NCBI GenBank assembly: GCA_031395485.1
Contig: JANNUS010000012.1
Span: 149,142-213,141 of the forward strand
Reading direction: 5' to 3'
Length of the DNA: 64,000 nucleotides
Source of the DNA: Cyclobacteriaceae bacterium
Lineage (GTDB): Bacteria > Bacteroidota > Bacteroidia > Cytophagales > Cyclobacteriaceae
Positions within the stretch are counted from its first letter, which is position 1, and each line of letters opens with the position of its first letter. The translations under genes were made by a program, and so were the position numbers. This document shows, one piece after another, positions 36,563 to 46,632 of this stretch. The notes beneath the pieces were generated by a model. It was not told where the DNA came from and did no database searches. It saw only the letters and a list, made by a program, of their open reading frames with translations.

Positions 36563-37333
36563 ATGTTAATCATTCTTGCATTCTTTGCCGCTCACTGGTA
36601 TCTATCGTTGTTTTTTCAAACTTTTTTCCTTCATCGATATGCTTCACACAAAGCATTTACAATGAGCCCTTTCACAGAAAAGGTATTTTTCGTTCTGACT
36701 TGGATATTTCAAGGGTCAAACTATTTAAGCCCTTTTGGATATGGTGTAATGCACCGGATGCATCATGCTTTTGCTGATACAGAAGACGATCCGCACTCAC
36801 CAAAATATGATGAAACCATCTTTAAAATGATGTGGAAGACGAGAACAATCTACTCAGCCATTGCCAATGGAACAATGATTGTTGAGAAGAGATTCACAGA
36901 GGGCGTACCTAAATGGAATACGTTCGACAAGTTTGCTCGCTCGTGGCCATCACGCCTTTTTTGGGGCGCTGCGTACGTTGCGTTTTATTTTCAGTTCGCT
37001 ACGGCTTGGTGGCTGTGGCTATTACTCCCGCTTCATTTTTTAATGAGTCCTATTCATGGTGCTGTTATTAACTGGTTCGCGCATAAATACGGATATCGCA
37101 ATTTCCCGGTGGGCGATACCTCACGTAATTTCCTTCCAGTAGACTTTTTGATGATGGGGGAGAGTTATCACAACAATCACCATAAATTTGGTTCTAGAGC
37201 TAATTTTGGAGGAATTCGATGGCATGAAATTGATCCAACCTTCCAGGTTATAAGACTATTAGATAAGGTAGGTGTAATTCGTTTAGCCGAGCGGAAGCAC
37301 ATCCGCATTGAGCGAATAAAAAAAGCTGCTTAA
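36563..37333 (+). CDS. Acyl-CoA / acyl-lipid fatty acid desaturase
   Basis: Three His boxes: HRYASH, HRMHH, HNNHH. The N-terminus is membrane-embedded. Confidence 0.85.
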   Translation: MLIILAFFAAHWYLSLFFQTFFLHRYASHKAFTMSPFTEKVFFVLTWIFQGSNYLSPFGYGVMHRMHHAFADTEDDPHSPKYDETIFKMMWKTRTIYSAIANGTMIVEKRFTEGVPKWNTFDKFARSWPSRLFWGAAYVAFYFQFATAWWLWLLLPLHFLMSPIHGAVINWFAHKYGYRNFPVGDTSRNFLPVDFLMMGESYHNNHHKFGSRANFGGIRWHEIDPTFQVIRLLDKVGVIRLAERKHIRIERIKKAA

Positions 37334-37376
37334 TCGATTGGAATTAGCCATGTTACAGGATTTAAATTATTCTGTG

Positions 37377-37384
37377 TATGTTTG
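37377..37384 (+). promoter_or_regulatory. Candidate Bacteroidota-type -7 promoter box (TATGTTTG = TAnnTTTG) for the cold-shock gene
   Basis: Matches TAnnTTTG 41 nt upstream of the csp ATG. No convincing -33 TTG was confirmed. Confidence 0.3.
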
Positions 37385-37424
37385 TGCCATTATTTAACAA
37401 CTATCAACATTTATTACAATTACA

Positions 37425-37616
37425 ATGGAAGGAACAGTAAAATTCTTTAACGAAGCCAAAGGTTTCGGTTTCGTAAAAGAGCAAGGAACAGAGAAAGAGT
37501 ATTTTGTACATGTATCCGGTCTTGTTGACAAGATTCGCGAGAATGACAAAATCACTTTCGAATTGAAAGAAGGAAAAAAAGGTTTAAACGCTGTTAACGT
37601 TCGCGTTGCAGGATAA
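37425..37616 (+). CDS. Cold-shock protein (CspA family)
   Basis: GTVKFFNEAKGFGFV (RNP1) and FVHVSGL (RNP2). 63 aa. Confidence 0.92.
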   Translation: MEGTVKFFNEAKGFGFVKEQGTEKEYFVHVSGLVDKIRENDKITFELKEGKKGLNAVNVRVAG

Positions 37617-37640
37617 TACTTTTTGAAATGCATTTGGTAA

Positions 37641-37665
37641 GCCCCCGATTACTCGGGGGCTTTTT
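37641..37665 (+). terminator. Rho-independent terminator after csp
   Basis: GCCCCCGA-TTAC-TCGGGGGC followed by TTTTT. Confidence 0.8.
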
Positions 37666-37688
37666 GCGTATTACCTAAATCTTTTCCT

Positions 37689-38900
37689 TTGCCTTTTACT
37701 CATTTTAATTTTGATCAGCGCCTGTTAGATGGATTATCATCGATGGGCTATTCGAAGCCTACCCCGATTCAAGAGAAGGCAATTCCAATCATTCTTAGTA
37801 AGAAAGATTTGGTGGCTTGTGCCCAAACAGGTACAGGAAAGACCGCTGCCTATATACTTCCTATATTGAATAACATCATTCACGCAGAAACCCGGCATCT
37901 AAATACATTAGTTATAGCGCCAACCCGTGAACTTGCTCAGCAAATCGATCAGCAGATTGAAGGGTTTGCATACTTTCTGGGAGTAAGTTCCATTCCAGTT
38001 TATGGTGGTGGTGATGGTGCAACGTGGGATATTCAGAAAAGAGCGCTAGAGGAAGGAGCCGATATTGTTATCGCTACTCCGGGGCGATTGATTTCATTAC
38101 TTGCAACAGGTATGATTAAGCTTGACCACCTCGAGCACCTCGTCTTAGATGAAGCTGATCGAATGCTGGATATGGGATTTTACGATGATATTATCAGAAT
38201 CATCAAGCAGCTACCCGCGAACAGGCAAACCTTATTGTTTTCTGCTACTATGCCACCAAGAATTCGAACACTGGCAGATAAAATTCTTAACAATCCAGAA
38301 ACTATAAATATTTCGATATCTAAACCTGCGGAAGGAATTTTGCAACAAGCTTTTGTTGTTTATGAGCCTCAGAAACTTGAGCTCCTAAAACACATTATTA
38401 AAGCGGATTCTCATAACAGTGTTTTGATTTTTGCATCCACAAAAGAAAACGTTAAAAAGCTAGATGCAACATTGCATAGGATTGGCTTAAAAGCAAAAGC
38501 TATCCATTCCGATCTGGAGCAAAGTGAACGAGAAAATATTTTACGAGAGTTTAAGAATAAAAAACTATCCATACTTATTGGTACCGATGTTCTGTCGCGT
38601 GGTATTGATGTGGATGGCATTAGTTTGGTTGTAAATTATGATGTTCCTCCTGATCCGGAAGACTACATTCATCGTATCGGTCGAACAGCACGTGCTGAAA
38701 CAACCGGAACAGCAATAACCTTTATCACAGAAATAGACCAACGCAAATTCTATAACATAGAGAATCTTATTGGACGCGAAATCCCAAAAATAACTCTTCC
38801 AGATGGTCTTGGAGAGGGGCCGGCATACCAACCGCAAATCAAGAGGGGTAAAGATTCAAAAAAACATTCAAATCATCGTAGAAACGGCAATCGAAGATAG
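37689..38900 (+). CDS. DEAD-box ATP-dependent RNA helicase (RhlE-like)
   Basis: Q motif GYSKPTPIQ, then AQTGTGKT, DEAD, SAT, HRIGRTAR, and a basic C-terminal tail. TTG start. Confidence 0.9.
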   Translation: MPFTHFNFDQRLLDGLSSMGYSKPTPIQEKAIPIILSKKDLVACAQTGTGKTAAYILPILNNIIHAETRHLNTLVIAPTRELAQQIDQQIEGFAYFLGVSSIPVYGGGDGATWDIQKRALEEGADIVIATPGRLISLLATGMIKLDHLEHLVLDEADRMLDMGFYDDIIRIIKQLPANRQTLLFSATMPPRIRTLADKILNNPETINISISKPAEGILQQAFVVYEPQKLELLKHIIKADSHNSVLIFASTKENVKKLDATLHRIGLKAKAIHSDLEQSERENILREFKNKKLSILIGTDVLSRGIDVDGISLVVNYDVPPDPEDYIHRIGRTARAETTGTAITFITEIDQRKFYNIENLIGREIPKITLPDGLGEGPAYQPQIKRGKDSKKHSNHRRNGNRR

Positions 38901-38932
38901 GCTGCTGTTATTGATGTTTGTCAAGCTTAATT

Positions 38933-39241
38933 TTACACGCTCATGCTATGAATTATTGCTTCTTCTTGTGGCGTGAACGAATCGCTGCCTTTTTCCCTAA
39001 TAAAATCATTCAATTTCTCGAGGCTAGCAAAAAAACGTAAACGGTACTTAAACACCGTTTTACTTCCAATGGCGACTTTAAAATCGCGCAGACTTACATT
39101 TTCATCAACCCAATAAAGTCCAATATTTTCTTCAGCAGCAACTAATCCAGGCATAAAATCAATTTCTGATTGCTTCACATGATGCAAAATTTCAGGCCCG
39201 CATCCTGCTTTACCATGAATATAAATTGTTATCCATCCCAT
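38933..39241 (-). CDS. Hypothetical protein
   Basis: 102-aa ORF. No family recognised. Confidence 0.35.
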   Translation of the reverse strand: MGWITIYIHGKAGCGPEILHHVKQSEIDFMPGLVAAEENIGLYWVDENVSLRDFKVAIGSKTVFKYRLRFFASLEKLNDFIREKGSDSFTPQEEAIIHSMSV

Positions 39242-39499
39242 ATCTTACTTGCCTGTTACTTCGAAAGGCTACGTTTTATTCTGCAATAATTACTTACTAC
39301 GGAATAACATTTTTTATTTAACTAGTTTAAAAAATATTCTGCTTTATGCTCCTCCATTCAATAGATGGTAGATACTATATAATACGAATCAACTAACTTA
39401 TAGTTACAAATTTACTACAATCAAACTGCTCTTTATGTTGGATGGAATTAATAAAAGTTTAATTTTATAATCAATGATATAAACTAATTTCCATTATCT

Positions 39500-40468
39500 A
39501 TGAAGCTGATAACCCTTGACAGAATGCTGGGCATTGATTATCCAATAATATTGGCACCCATGTTCTTAATCTCAAATACTAAAATGATAAAGGTTGCTTT
39601 GGAAAATGGAATCACAGCGGCTTTCCCTGCACTAAACTATCGGACTGATCAAGAATTGCGAGCAGCCATTCAAGATATTAAAGCTTATTCTACAAAACCA
39701 TTTGGGGTTAACCTGATTGTTAATAATTCAAATCCAAAGTATAAAGGTCAGCTTGATACTTTACTAGAGCTTAACGTTGCTTATATTATTACATCACTCG
39801 GTAATCCAAAAGAAGTTATTGAAAGGTGTAAGCCAAAGGGCATTAAGGTTTTTTGTGACGTTGTTGATCTTACCTATGCAAAAAAAGTTGAAGATTTGGG
39901 TGCAGACGCAGTAATTGCGGTGAATAATAGGGCAGGAGGACACGCAGGAAATTTAGGTCCTGAAGAATTGATTAAGCTGCTAAAGGAAAAATGCAACATT
40001 CCGATTATATCTGCTGGAGGAATTGCCACTGGCAAAGACCTTAATAAGGTTATGGACTGTGGCGCTATTGGTGCATCTATTGGTACTATCTTTATTGCTT
40101 GCGATGAAGCAGATATATCTGCGGAATACAAACAGGCAATGGTTGATTACGGAGAAAAGGACATTGTTAAAACTACAAAATTGTCCGGCTCTGCGCTTAC
40201 TGTAATAAATACACCTTATGTTCAAAGCTTAGGCACAAAAGCTAACTGGCTTGAGTGGATTTTAAACCACAATAAAACATTAAAGAAATACGCTAAAATG
40301 GTTCTTGCTTTCCGGGGAATGAAAGCTGTTGAAAAGGCAGCCTTTAGTGCTACCTATAAGACAGTTTGGTGCGCAGGGCCAGCAATTGAACACGTTAAAA
40401 GTATTCGCCCCCTTAAGGAGATCATCCGAACGCTTACAACGGAGTACAAATCACTACAGGAATCATAA
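39500..40468 (+). CDS. Nitronate monooxygenase / FabK-like FMN oxidoreductase
   Basis: GIDYPIILAPM, a TIM-barrel pattern, and AGGHAG / SAGGIATG motifs. Confidence 0.75.
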   Translation: MKLITLDRMLGIDYPIILAPMFLISNTKMIKVALENGITAAFPALNYRTDQELRAAIQDIKAYSTKPFGVNLIVNNSNPKYKGQLDTLLELNVAYIITSLGNPKEVIERCKPKGIKVFCDVVDLTYAKKVEDLGADAVIAVNNRAGGHAGNLGPEELIKLLKEKCNIPIISAGGIATGKDLNKVMDCGAIGASIGTIFIACDEADISAEYKQAMVDYGEKDIVKTTKLSGSALTVINTPYVQSLGTKANWLEWILNHNKTLKKYAKMVLAFRGMKAVEKAAFSATYKTVWCAGPAIEHVKSIRPLKEIIRTLTTEYKSLQES

Positions 40469-40479
40469 TTTAAATCACC

Positions 40480-41232
40480 ATGAATGAAGAAGTTCACTGG
40501 AATACAATTGCGTCTAAATACAACGAAGAGATTTTTGATGTATTTATAAGCGATAAAAATAAAAGGCTACAATCATACTTTAAAAAGTACGCTAATAAAA
40601 ATCATCATGTTATTGATTTCGGATGCGGCAATGGAAAATCATTCCCATATATAGCACCCATATTCAAATCAATTACCGCTGTTGACATCTCACAAAAGCT
40701 TCTAAATCAAGCGAAGAAAAGACCCTTCCAAAATATTATTTATAAACGATTAGACTTAACAAAGAAAAAATTAAACCTTTCAAAAGCAGATTTTATATTT
40801 TGCTGCAATGTTGCCATGCTACCTGAAATTGATAAAACCTATGCCATGATTGGTAATATTAAGAAGGCTTTGCGGGTAGGCGGAAACGCTATTCTTGTCT
40901 TGCCATCATTAGATTCTGTGCTATATTCTTCCTGGAGATTAATTGATCTCTACAAAAGAGAAGGTGTTACATCAGATAACATTCCGAACAGTGAGTTTGC
41001 CTATTTTAAAGCGAGTAAACGTGATATTATCCAAGGCATAATTCATATTAACGGGGTGCCAACGAAACACTTTGGCGCTTCAGAACTTGACGTGATCTTT
41101 AAAGAGGCAGGACTAACAATAAAAAAAATTGATAAGATAGAATATGCTTGGGACACTGAATTTGCAGAAGCGCCTAAAGGTATGACTGCCCCTTATCCGT
41201 GGGATTGGCTTGTTGACTGTACGAAGGACTGA
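40480..41232 (+). CDS. Class I SAM-dependent methyltransferase
   Basis: Motif I VIDFGCGNGK. Confidence 0.75.
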   Translation: MNEEVHWNTIASKYNEEIFDVFISDKNKRLQSYFKKYANKNHHVIDFGCGNGKSFPYIAPIFKSITAVDISQKLLNQAKKRPFQNIIYKRLDLTKKKLNLSKADFIFCCNVAMLPEIDKTYAMIGNIKKALRVGGNAILVLPSLDSVLYSSWRLIDLYKREGVTSDNIPNSEFAYFKASKRDIIQGIIHINGVPTKHFGASELDVIFKEAGLTIKKIDKIEYAWDTEFAEAPKGMTAPYPWDWLVDCTKD

Positions 41233-41247
41233 GATTATAAAAAATTA

Positions 41248-41643
41248 CTACTTCTTATCAGTGGCTAATACCATCTTCATTTTGTGCTTAACCCCAATTT
41301 CCATTACATCAACTAAATCTTGAACAGTAAGGTTATGGGGAAGTCTTATGATAACCGTGGGCTCAATCAAACCCTGACATTTTTTTACCAATTCCTGTTC
41401 TAGGCGATCAAACGAAACCTCGTCTTCATTTAAATAGTACCGTTTATTTTCGGTTACCGTAAGAGCAACTGTTTTTTTATTTAGCGCTTGATTTTCTTCA
41501 GATTTAGGAAGCAGAATTTTTATTACATTCGGATTCGCCACAGTAGAGATTATAAGAAAAAAAAGCAGTAAAAAAAACATGATGTCATTCAACGATGACG
41601 TTGCAACTTCTGCATGAAATGATTTCGATTTTCTTATTTTCAA
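41248..41643 (-). CDS. exbD: ExbD/TolR-family biopolymer transport protein
   Basis: The N-terminus LNDIMFFLLLFFLI has a single TM. The start overlaps the upstream ExbB stop. Confidence 0.8.
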   Translation of the reverse strand: MKIRKSKSFHAEVATSSLNDIMFFLLLFFLIISTVANPNVIKILLPKSEENQALNKKTVALTVTENKRYYLNEDEVSFDRLEQELVKKCQGLIEPTVIIRLPHNLTVQDLVDVMEIGVKHKMKMVLATDKK

Positions 41644-42299
41644 TTTTTTGATGGATTAGCGATAGACTGTAAAAAATCAAACACATCTTTTTGAATCTGA
41701 AGCGTAAATTGATGAATCTTTTGATGGAGCAAGTGATATGCAGAATATGCTAACACGCCCACAACCAATCCTGAACCGCTGGTAATCATTTTTTCATACA
41801 ATCCACCAGCAATAATACCAATGCTAATATTATCGGATAGCGATATATTGTAGAAAATTTGAATAATCCCTGAGATGGTTCCAATAAATCCAAGCATAGG
41901 AGCAACGCCTGCGATAATACCAAGATAGCCAGTGTGATTTTCCATTTCTGCCACCTGAATATTCGTAGCAGACTCAAGGGTGGACTCAATTTCACGAACA
42001 GGTCTGCCAATGCAATCTAAGCCGCTCAATATAATCATTCCGGTTGCTGATGCTTCCATACGGGCAAACGACTTAGCGCTGGCTATATCGCCTGAATTTA
42101 GAGTAGATCGAATATTTGAAATAAATTCCTTCTTATACTTAGCAGCCTTTGAAATGTAAAGATAACGTTCGATAAAAACGTATAATGCTGCAAGAGAGAG
42201 TAAGAAGATTGGTATCATGATTACACCCCCTTTGGAAAGGAGCTGAAACCAGGTCATGGATTCCGGAGTTTGTGAAATTTGTAAGAGCATCTTCATCAT
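41640..42299 (-). CDS. exbB: MotA/TolQ/ExbB proton-channel protein
   Basis: Three TM helices and a conserved C-terminal region GIIAGVAPMLGFIGTISGI. Confidence 0.8.
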   Translation of the reverse strand: MMKMLLQISQTPESMTWFQLLSKGGVIMIPIFLLSLAALYVFIERYLYISKAAKYKKEFISNIRSTLNSGDIASAKSFARMEASATGMIILSGLDCIGRPVREIESTLESATNIQVAEMENHTGYLGIIAGVAPMLGFIGTISGIIQIFYNISLSDNISIGIIAGGLYEKMITSGSGLVVGVLAYSAYHLLHQKIHQFTLQIQKDVFDFLQSIANPSKN

Positions 42300-42324
42300 A
42301 CTATTTAATAATATTAGATAAATT

Positions 42325-42357
42325 AAAAAAGTCAGGCTACTTGCAAACCTGACTTTT
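42325..42357 (-). terminator. Hairpin plus T-run on the minus strand after the TPR gene
   Basis: The minus strand reads GTCAGG-N11-CCTGAC followed by TTTTTT. This separates the TPR gene from the second exbB-exbD pair. Confidence 0.6.
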
Positions 42358-42389
42358 CTTTGGTGTTCAACTTTTGAGAATGGAAATCA

Positions 42390-43988
42390 TCATTTTAATT
42401 CCTTAAGTACTCCCAATGCCTGAGCATCATTTGGATCCAGTTCCAGTACCTTTTTCCAGAATGATATTGAAACCGGAATCTCAATTTTAAGATAATGATA
42501 ATAACCCAGATACTTATAGGCATCAATCAGATCCTTCTTATTCTTCTCCGGCTCAACAGAGCCAATCTCAATTACTTTTTCAAAATATGGTTTCGCCAAA
42601 CCTAATTCCGAATTGGGGTCTTGATTTGCTTTCACTTTACTCATCCAAACATAACCAATTGTTCTAACGGGCTGCATCTCAATCAGCTTTTGAAAAGTGG
42701 TGTCGGCTTTTTCAAATTGACTATTATAATAGTAGGCGCGACCCAATCCATAGAAATCAAGCGACATAGGTTTTTTCCTAATCTTCATTAGTGTAGAATA
42801 TGCTTCGATAGCCTCCGGAAATTTCTTAGCTTTTAAAAGTGCTTCCGCACGCAATAATGCTACATCCTCCTGATCTTGATTAAGCATCAAACTCTGTTGA
42901 AAACTAATTGCTGCCAACGAGTCCTGGTTTAACTTAAGCAAAAGTTTTCCATAATACGAGTAATCATTAGCCTCAACTTTATCCGCTGGAACCAGCGAAA
43001 AATATTTTGCAAAAGTCTTTTGACTTTCTGGAAGATCACCTGCTTCTACCAAGGAGTATGCATAGTACTTCAATGTAGTTGGTGTAACCTCAGGTCTGTC
43101 CAATAATTTTTTAAACACTTCATTCGCTTTGCTAAAATTTCTTGCCATAAATAAGAAGAATGCGTAACGCTGCTGTGTTTGAAACTCGTTAGGCTTTTCT
43201 GTCATTTTGAGATAAGCTTCATAGGCCTTAACTGCTTTTTCACCTTCCTTCATCGAGTAGTATAATTCTCCCAATTCTTTGTAGGCAAGCGTAAACTCAG
43301 GGTCGATGCTTAGAGCCTTTTGAAAATTTTCATCAGCCAATGAAAAATTCTGCGAACGCATGTAAACGAGAGCAATATTATAATACGGTTTGGCATTAGT
43401 GGGATCTAGCCTAACAGCCCGTTCACAGTTGGTAATCGCAGGTCCTCCCTTATTCTGCAATAGATCGGTTTCACCCATTAGCATGAATGTTTTTGGATTC
43501 GTTGAGTCTATTAATTTTGCCTTCTCCAATAGCTTTAACGCAGTCTCGGCATGTTTTGCATCAACTAAATAGGCCTCTGCAACAGCTTGCAATACAGCAA
43601 CATCCTTTGATTTGCTCATCGATAATGCTTTATCAAAAAAGACCTTAGCTTCAACAGTCTTTTTTTCTAACATTCGTATCGCACCTAAGCCAACATGGTT
43701 AATAGCTTCCTTTTCATTTACGCTAACTCCTTTCTCAAAAGATTTTAGTGCCTGGCCTGTTTCGCCAGTCTTAAGCTGTACATATCCTAAATAATAGTAC
43801 AATTTTGTGGCTAGCGGATAGGCAAGAATAGCCTTGTTAAGTCCTTCAATAGCTTTAGCCGGTTGATCTTTGTCTAACAAACGCTCTGCAATTTTAATAT
43901 CTGCATCTTGAGCAAAAACAGATACCCCGAAGGCTATCATACCAAACAAAAGCGCAACTCTTTTCATAAATTCAAAACTTTTTTTCAT
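42390..43988 (-). CDS. Secreted tetratricopeptide-repeat protein
   Basis: Signal peptide, then ~12 TPR-like units (e.g. YYNIALVYMRSQNFSLADENFQKALSIDP). Confidence 0.8.
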   Translation of the reverse strand: MKKSFEFMKRVALLFGMIAFGVSVFAQDADIKIAERLLDKDQPAKAIEGLNKAILAYPLATKLYYYLGYVQLKTGETGQALKSFEKGVSVNEKEAINHVGLGAIRMLEKKTVEAKVFFDKALSMSKSKDVAVLQAVAEAYLVDAKHAETALKLLEKAKLIDSTNPKTFMLMGETDLLQNKGGPAITNCERAVRLDPTNAKPYYNIALVYMRSQNFSLADENFQKALSIDPEFTLAYKELGELYYSMKEGEKAVKAYEAYLKMTEKPNEFQTQQRYAFFLFMARNFSKANEVFKKLLDRPEVTPTTLKYYAYSLVEAGDLPESQKTFAKYFSLVPADKVEANDYSYYGKLLLKLNQDSLAAISFQQSLMLNQDQEDVALLRAEALLKAKKFPEAIEAYSTLMKIRKKPMSLDFYGLGRAYYYNSQFEKADTTFQKLIEMQPVRTIGYVWMSKVKANQDPNSELGLAKPYFEKVIEIGSVEPEKNKKDLIDAYKYLGYYHYLKIEIPVSISFWKKVLELDPNDAQALGVLKELK

Positions 43989-44121
43989 TCTTCAGAGATT
44001 AAAAATACTTCCTGATACCTTCAAATTATTGCTTGCCAATACATTGCAAATAGCAGACCAATTAAGTAGTTAATGCTTAAACCATATTGAAAGGTTAAAT
44101 TTTCCGAAATATAACACTTCT

Positions 44122-45054
44122 TTAATCTTGATCGTAGTTGATCTCCACGATTCGAACAGGCATCGTTACCGGCACTAAACCAGCCTTTAATACCACGCGT
44201 TGGCCCTTATCACTTGCAACATATGTAAGAAAACCGCTTCCTAATCCTGATCGTGCTTCGCGTGAGATGATGATCACCTCACGACTAAGTGGGTAAAGAT
44301 TTTGCGCTATGTAAGCTTGATACGGCTGATAAAATTCCAATCTATTTTCTAAGGATGCTACGCGAATGGCTTTTAAAAAGGTATTAGCAGTTAAGTCTTC
44401 AGCATCACTCACCCAAGCCACTCCAATAAGGCCAATAGCGCTCTTTTTTTTGGAGACATAGTCGATGACACCTTCATTATTATTGACTGCAAAGCAGTTT
44501 GGCGGGATTGCTTTAATGCCCTGCAAAGTATCGCGGAGGTAACGAAGTATGCCTGAATTTGGGTGATCAAAAACTATTTCAATAGGAGCAGAGGGCGAAG
44601 TGGAATTGATTTGTTTCCAATTCACAATCTTCCCTTCTAAAATACCCTGAATATGTTCCCATCGCAAAATACTATCCCGGTTTTCAGTGTGAAGAATCAA
44701 GGCTATTGCATCTTTAGCCACGCTCATTTGTAGCCCAGGAATTTTCACCTTATCAAGTACACCCTGCTCATCAACAGTAAGTCTTCTGGTTACGATGGCT
44801 AACCGAACGCTATCACGCAAAAGAGAATTGATAGCATCGGCCTCGGATGTATAGACTGCCTGAATATGCGCATCTCGATAAGTACCCTCAAAGGCTTCAA
44901 TCTCTGCTTGGATGAGTGGCTGTAAAGATTGGTCTACGGCAATTTTTATAGTACCTGATGTAGTAGTATCCAATACCTTCCCACTTCTGTCACGATCTGT
45001 ACAGGAAGCATTGAGTAGTAAAAATAATATCAGGTGAATAAAATGGGCTCTCAT
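44122..45054 (-). CDS. PstS-family periplasmic substrate-binding lipoprotein
   Basis: The start is taken at the internal ATG (MRAHFIHLILFLLLNASC lipobox), which overlaps the upstream stop as ATGA. PBP-like fold motifs GTIKIAVD...GLIGVAW. Confidence 0.7.
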   Translation of the reverse strand: MRAHFIHLILFLLLNASCTDRDRSGKVLDTTTSGTIKIAVDQSLQPLIQAEIEAFEGTYRDAHIQAVYTSEADAINSLLRDSVRLAIVTRRLTVDEQGVLDKVKIPGLQMSVAKDAIALILHTENRDSILRWEHIQGILEGKIVNWKQINSTSPSAPIEIVFDHPNSGILRYLRDTLQGIKAIPPNCFAVNNNEGVIDYVSKKKSAIGLIGVAWVSDAEDLTANTFLKAIRVASLENRLEFYQPYQAYIAQNLYPLSREVIIISREARSGLGSGFLTYVASDKGQRVVLKAGLVPVTMPVRIVEINYDQD

Positions 45055-45257
45055 GTCTTGTTCACAAAGGCCTTCAGATATGCACGGTAACATCTAAAAA
45101 ATCCGTACAGTACCAATACCGAACCCAATGTTATGGAGGAGATAGGAGGAAGCTTAAAAAAATTATCGTATCGCCAGAGAATAACAACACCGATAACAAC
45201 ATAAAAAAATGGCATGACCACTCCAAAATATTTTAAAATTTTTTCGAAAGAAGTCAT
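45051..45257 (-). CDS. Small 2-TM membrane protein
   Basis: 68 aa with two hydrophobic helices, translationally coupled (ATGA) to the PstS-like gene. Confidence 0.5.
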   Translation of the reverse strand: MTSFEKILKYFGVVMPFFYVVIGVVILWRYDNFFKLPPISSITLGSVLVLYGFFRCYRAYLKAFVNKT

Positions 45258-45282
45258 GCCGAATACTATCCAAGATTTGTCC

Positions 45283-46077
45283 TTAGTCTAGCTTATATTT
45301 AATTGGGAGTACGTATTTAACCCTTACAGCTCGTCCGCTTTGCTTACCAGGTCTCCATTTTGGCATCAATTGAACAACACGCAGCGCTTCTTTATCGCAA
45401 TCTGCGCTAATACCCTTAATAACTGAAGCCTCACTGATCTTACCGTCAGCATCAACAACAAAGCCTACATAGACTGATCCTTCAACGTTCATGCGTCTGG
45501 CAGAAGCTGGGTACTTTACGTTTTTATAGATGAATTTATACATTGCTTCAATACCGCCTTCGAACTCTGGAGGTTGCTCTACCACCAAAAAAACTTTATT
45601 AACATCCTCCTTAACTTCTTCTACTGGTTCCTCAAAAATAACCTCGCCAGTACCTTCTACCGATTCAGTACCCGTTTCATTCTGTTTTATCTCCTCAATG
45701 GTAGGCATTTCTTCTTCCTCCACTACTTCCTTATCCGTTACTTTTGGAGGAAGAAACTTAATAACCGTTTTAATCGGTGGTGGGATTCTGATATCAGGAG
45801 GCGGTGGCTGATTAGGCGAAATTGGTGGTGGTTGATCAAGGTTAACTGTCATTTGCTTCAACTTACCATCATCTTCTGCTACATCGTTTGACCGAAAAAG
45901 ATCCTTCAACATTGGAAAAGCCAAAACAAAGACCATAACAAGCACGGTCATGCTTGTTGCAACAACCACAGTCTTAGAATACGATTTCCGATTTAGGTAA
46001 GCACCGTAGTCCTTATTCCTATTCTCAAATACAATATCTTCCCAGGATTGGGCTACTATTGTTGCGCTTTCTTTCAT
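45283..46077 (-). CDS. tonB: Energy transducer TonB
   Basis: N-terminal TM, Pro-rich spacer (DQPPPISPNQPPPPDIRIPPP), and a TonB C-terminal domain PEFEGGIEAMYKFIYKNVKYPASARRMNVEGSVYVGFVV. Confidence 0.9.
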   Translation of the reverse strand: MKESATIVAQSWEDIVFENRNKDYGAYLNRKSYSKTVVVATSMTVLVMVFVLAFPMLKDLFRSNDVAEDDGKLKQMTVNLDQPPPISPNQPPPPDIRIPPPIKTVIKFLPPKVTDKEVVEEEEMPTIEEIKQNETGTESVEGTGEVIFEEPVEEVKEDVNKVFLVVEQPPEFEGGIEAMYKFIYKNVKYPASARRMNVEGSVYVGFVVDADGKISEASVIKGISADCDKEALRVVQLMPKWRPGKQSGRAVRVKYVLPIKYKLD

Positions 46078-46586
46078 AGCTGCGATTCTTTTACCAATTC
46101 AACATCAATCGGGGTGATATCAACAAGCGCAAATCGTTGCACAGTGCTTATATTCATTTCGTCCATAATATCAACCATATTCTTGTATTTCGATTCGTCC
46201 ATGGCTTTGATTAGAACTACCAGTTTGGGTAACTCTGCCTTTTTCGCAAGCAAGGTCTTCCGTATTCCACTAGCCGAAAAATTACTGACTTCAACAACAG
46301 GGTTAGTAATACCTACATACCAGTATATTTTATCATTTTCACCAAGGACTAATGTCAGTACATTTTTTTCGTTTATCTCTGGCATTTCATCTCCCGGCTT
46401 GGGTTTCTCAGGCATTGTAATTTCCATTGTCTGAGGTTTATTTAAAGTAGTGGTCATTACGAAGAACGTAAGTAGCAAGAATGCTAAGTCCACCATGGGC
46501 GTCATATCAATACGCGTAGAGCCCTTTTTACTTCGAACTTTCGCTCCTTTTTTCTTATGTCCACCGCCTCCGCCTAAATCTGCCAT
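46074..46586 (-). CDS. exbD: ExbD/TolR-family protein
   Basis: IDMTPMVDLAFLLLTFF motif. ATGA overlap with tonB. Confidence 0.85.
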   Translation of the reverse strand: MADLGGGGGHKKKGAKVRSKKGSTRIDMTPMVDLAFLLLTFFVMTTTLNKPQTMEITMPEKPKPGDEMPEINEKNVLTLVLGENDKIYWYVGITNPVVEVSNFSASGIRKTLLAKKAELPKLVVLIKAMDESKYKNMVDIMDEMNISTVQRFALVDITPIDVELVKESQL

Positions 46587-46632
46587 ATAAGTTGTCTTTT
46601 AATGGTTATTATACTTCAACAATACGATGCAA

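Noticed and set aside
39242-39499. 258-nt AT-rich intergenic region, and the 337-nt region at 48053-48389, examined for ncRNA or small ORFs
   Set aside because: No stable hairpins, conserved boxes or plausible ORFs were found. These are most likely promoter regions.
45530-45891. Two overlapping plus-strand ORFs (93 and 105 aa) inside tonB
   Set aside because: They are antisense to the Pro/Glu-rich spacer of TonB. Their low-complexity Ser/Thr/Gly or Arg/Trp strings are the mirror image of that bias.
46048-46434. 128-aa plus-strand ORF
   Set aside because: It is antisense to the ExbD gene (46074-46586), which has the canonical IDMTPMVDLAFLLL motif.
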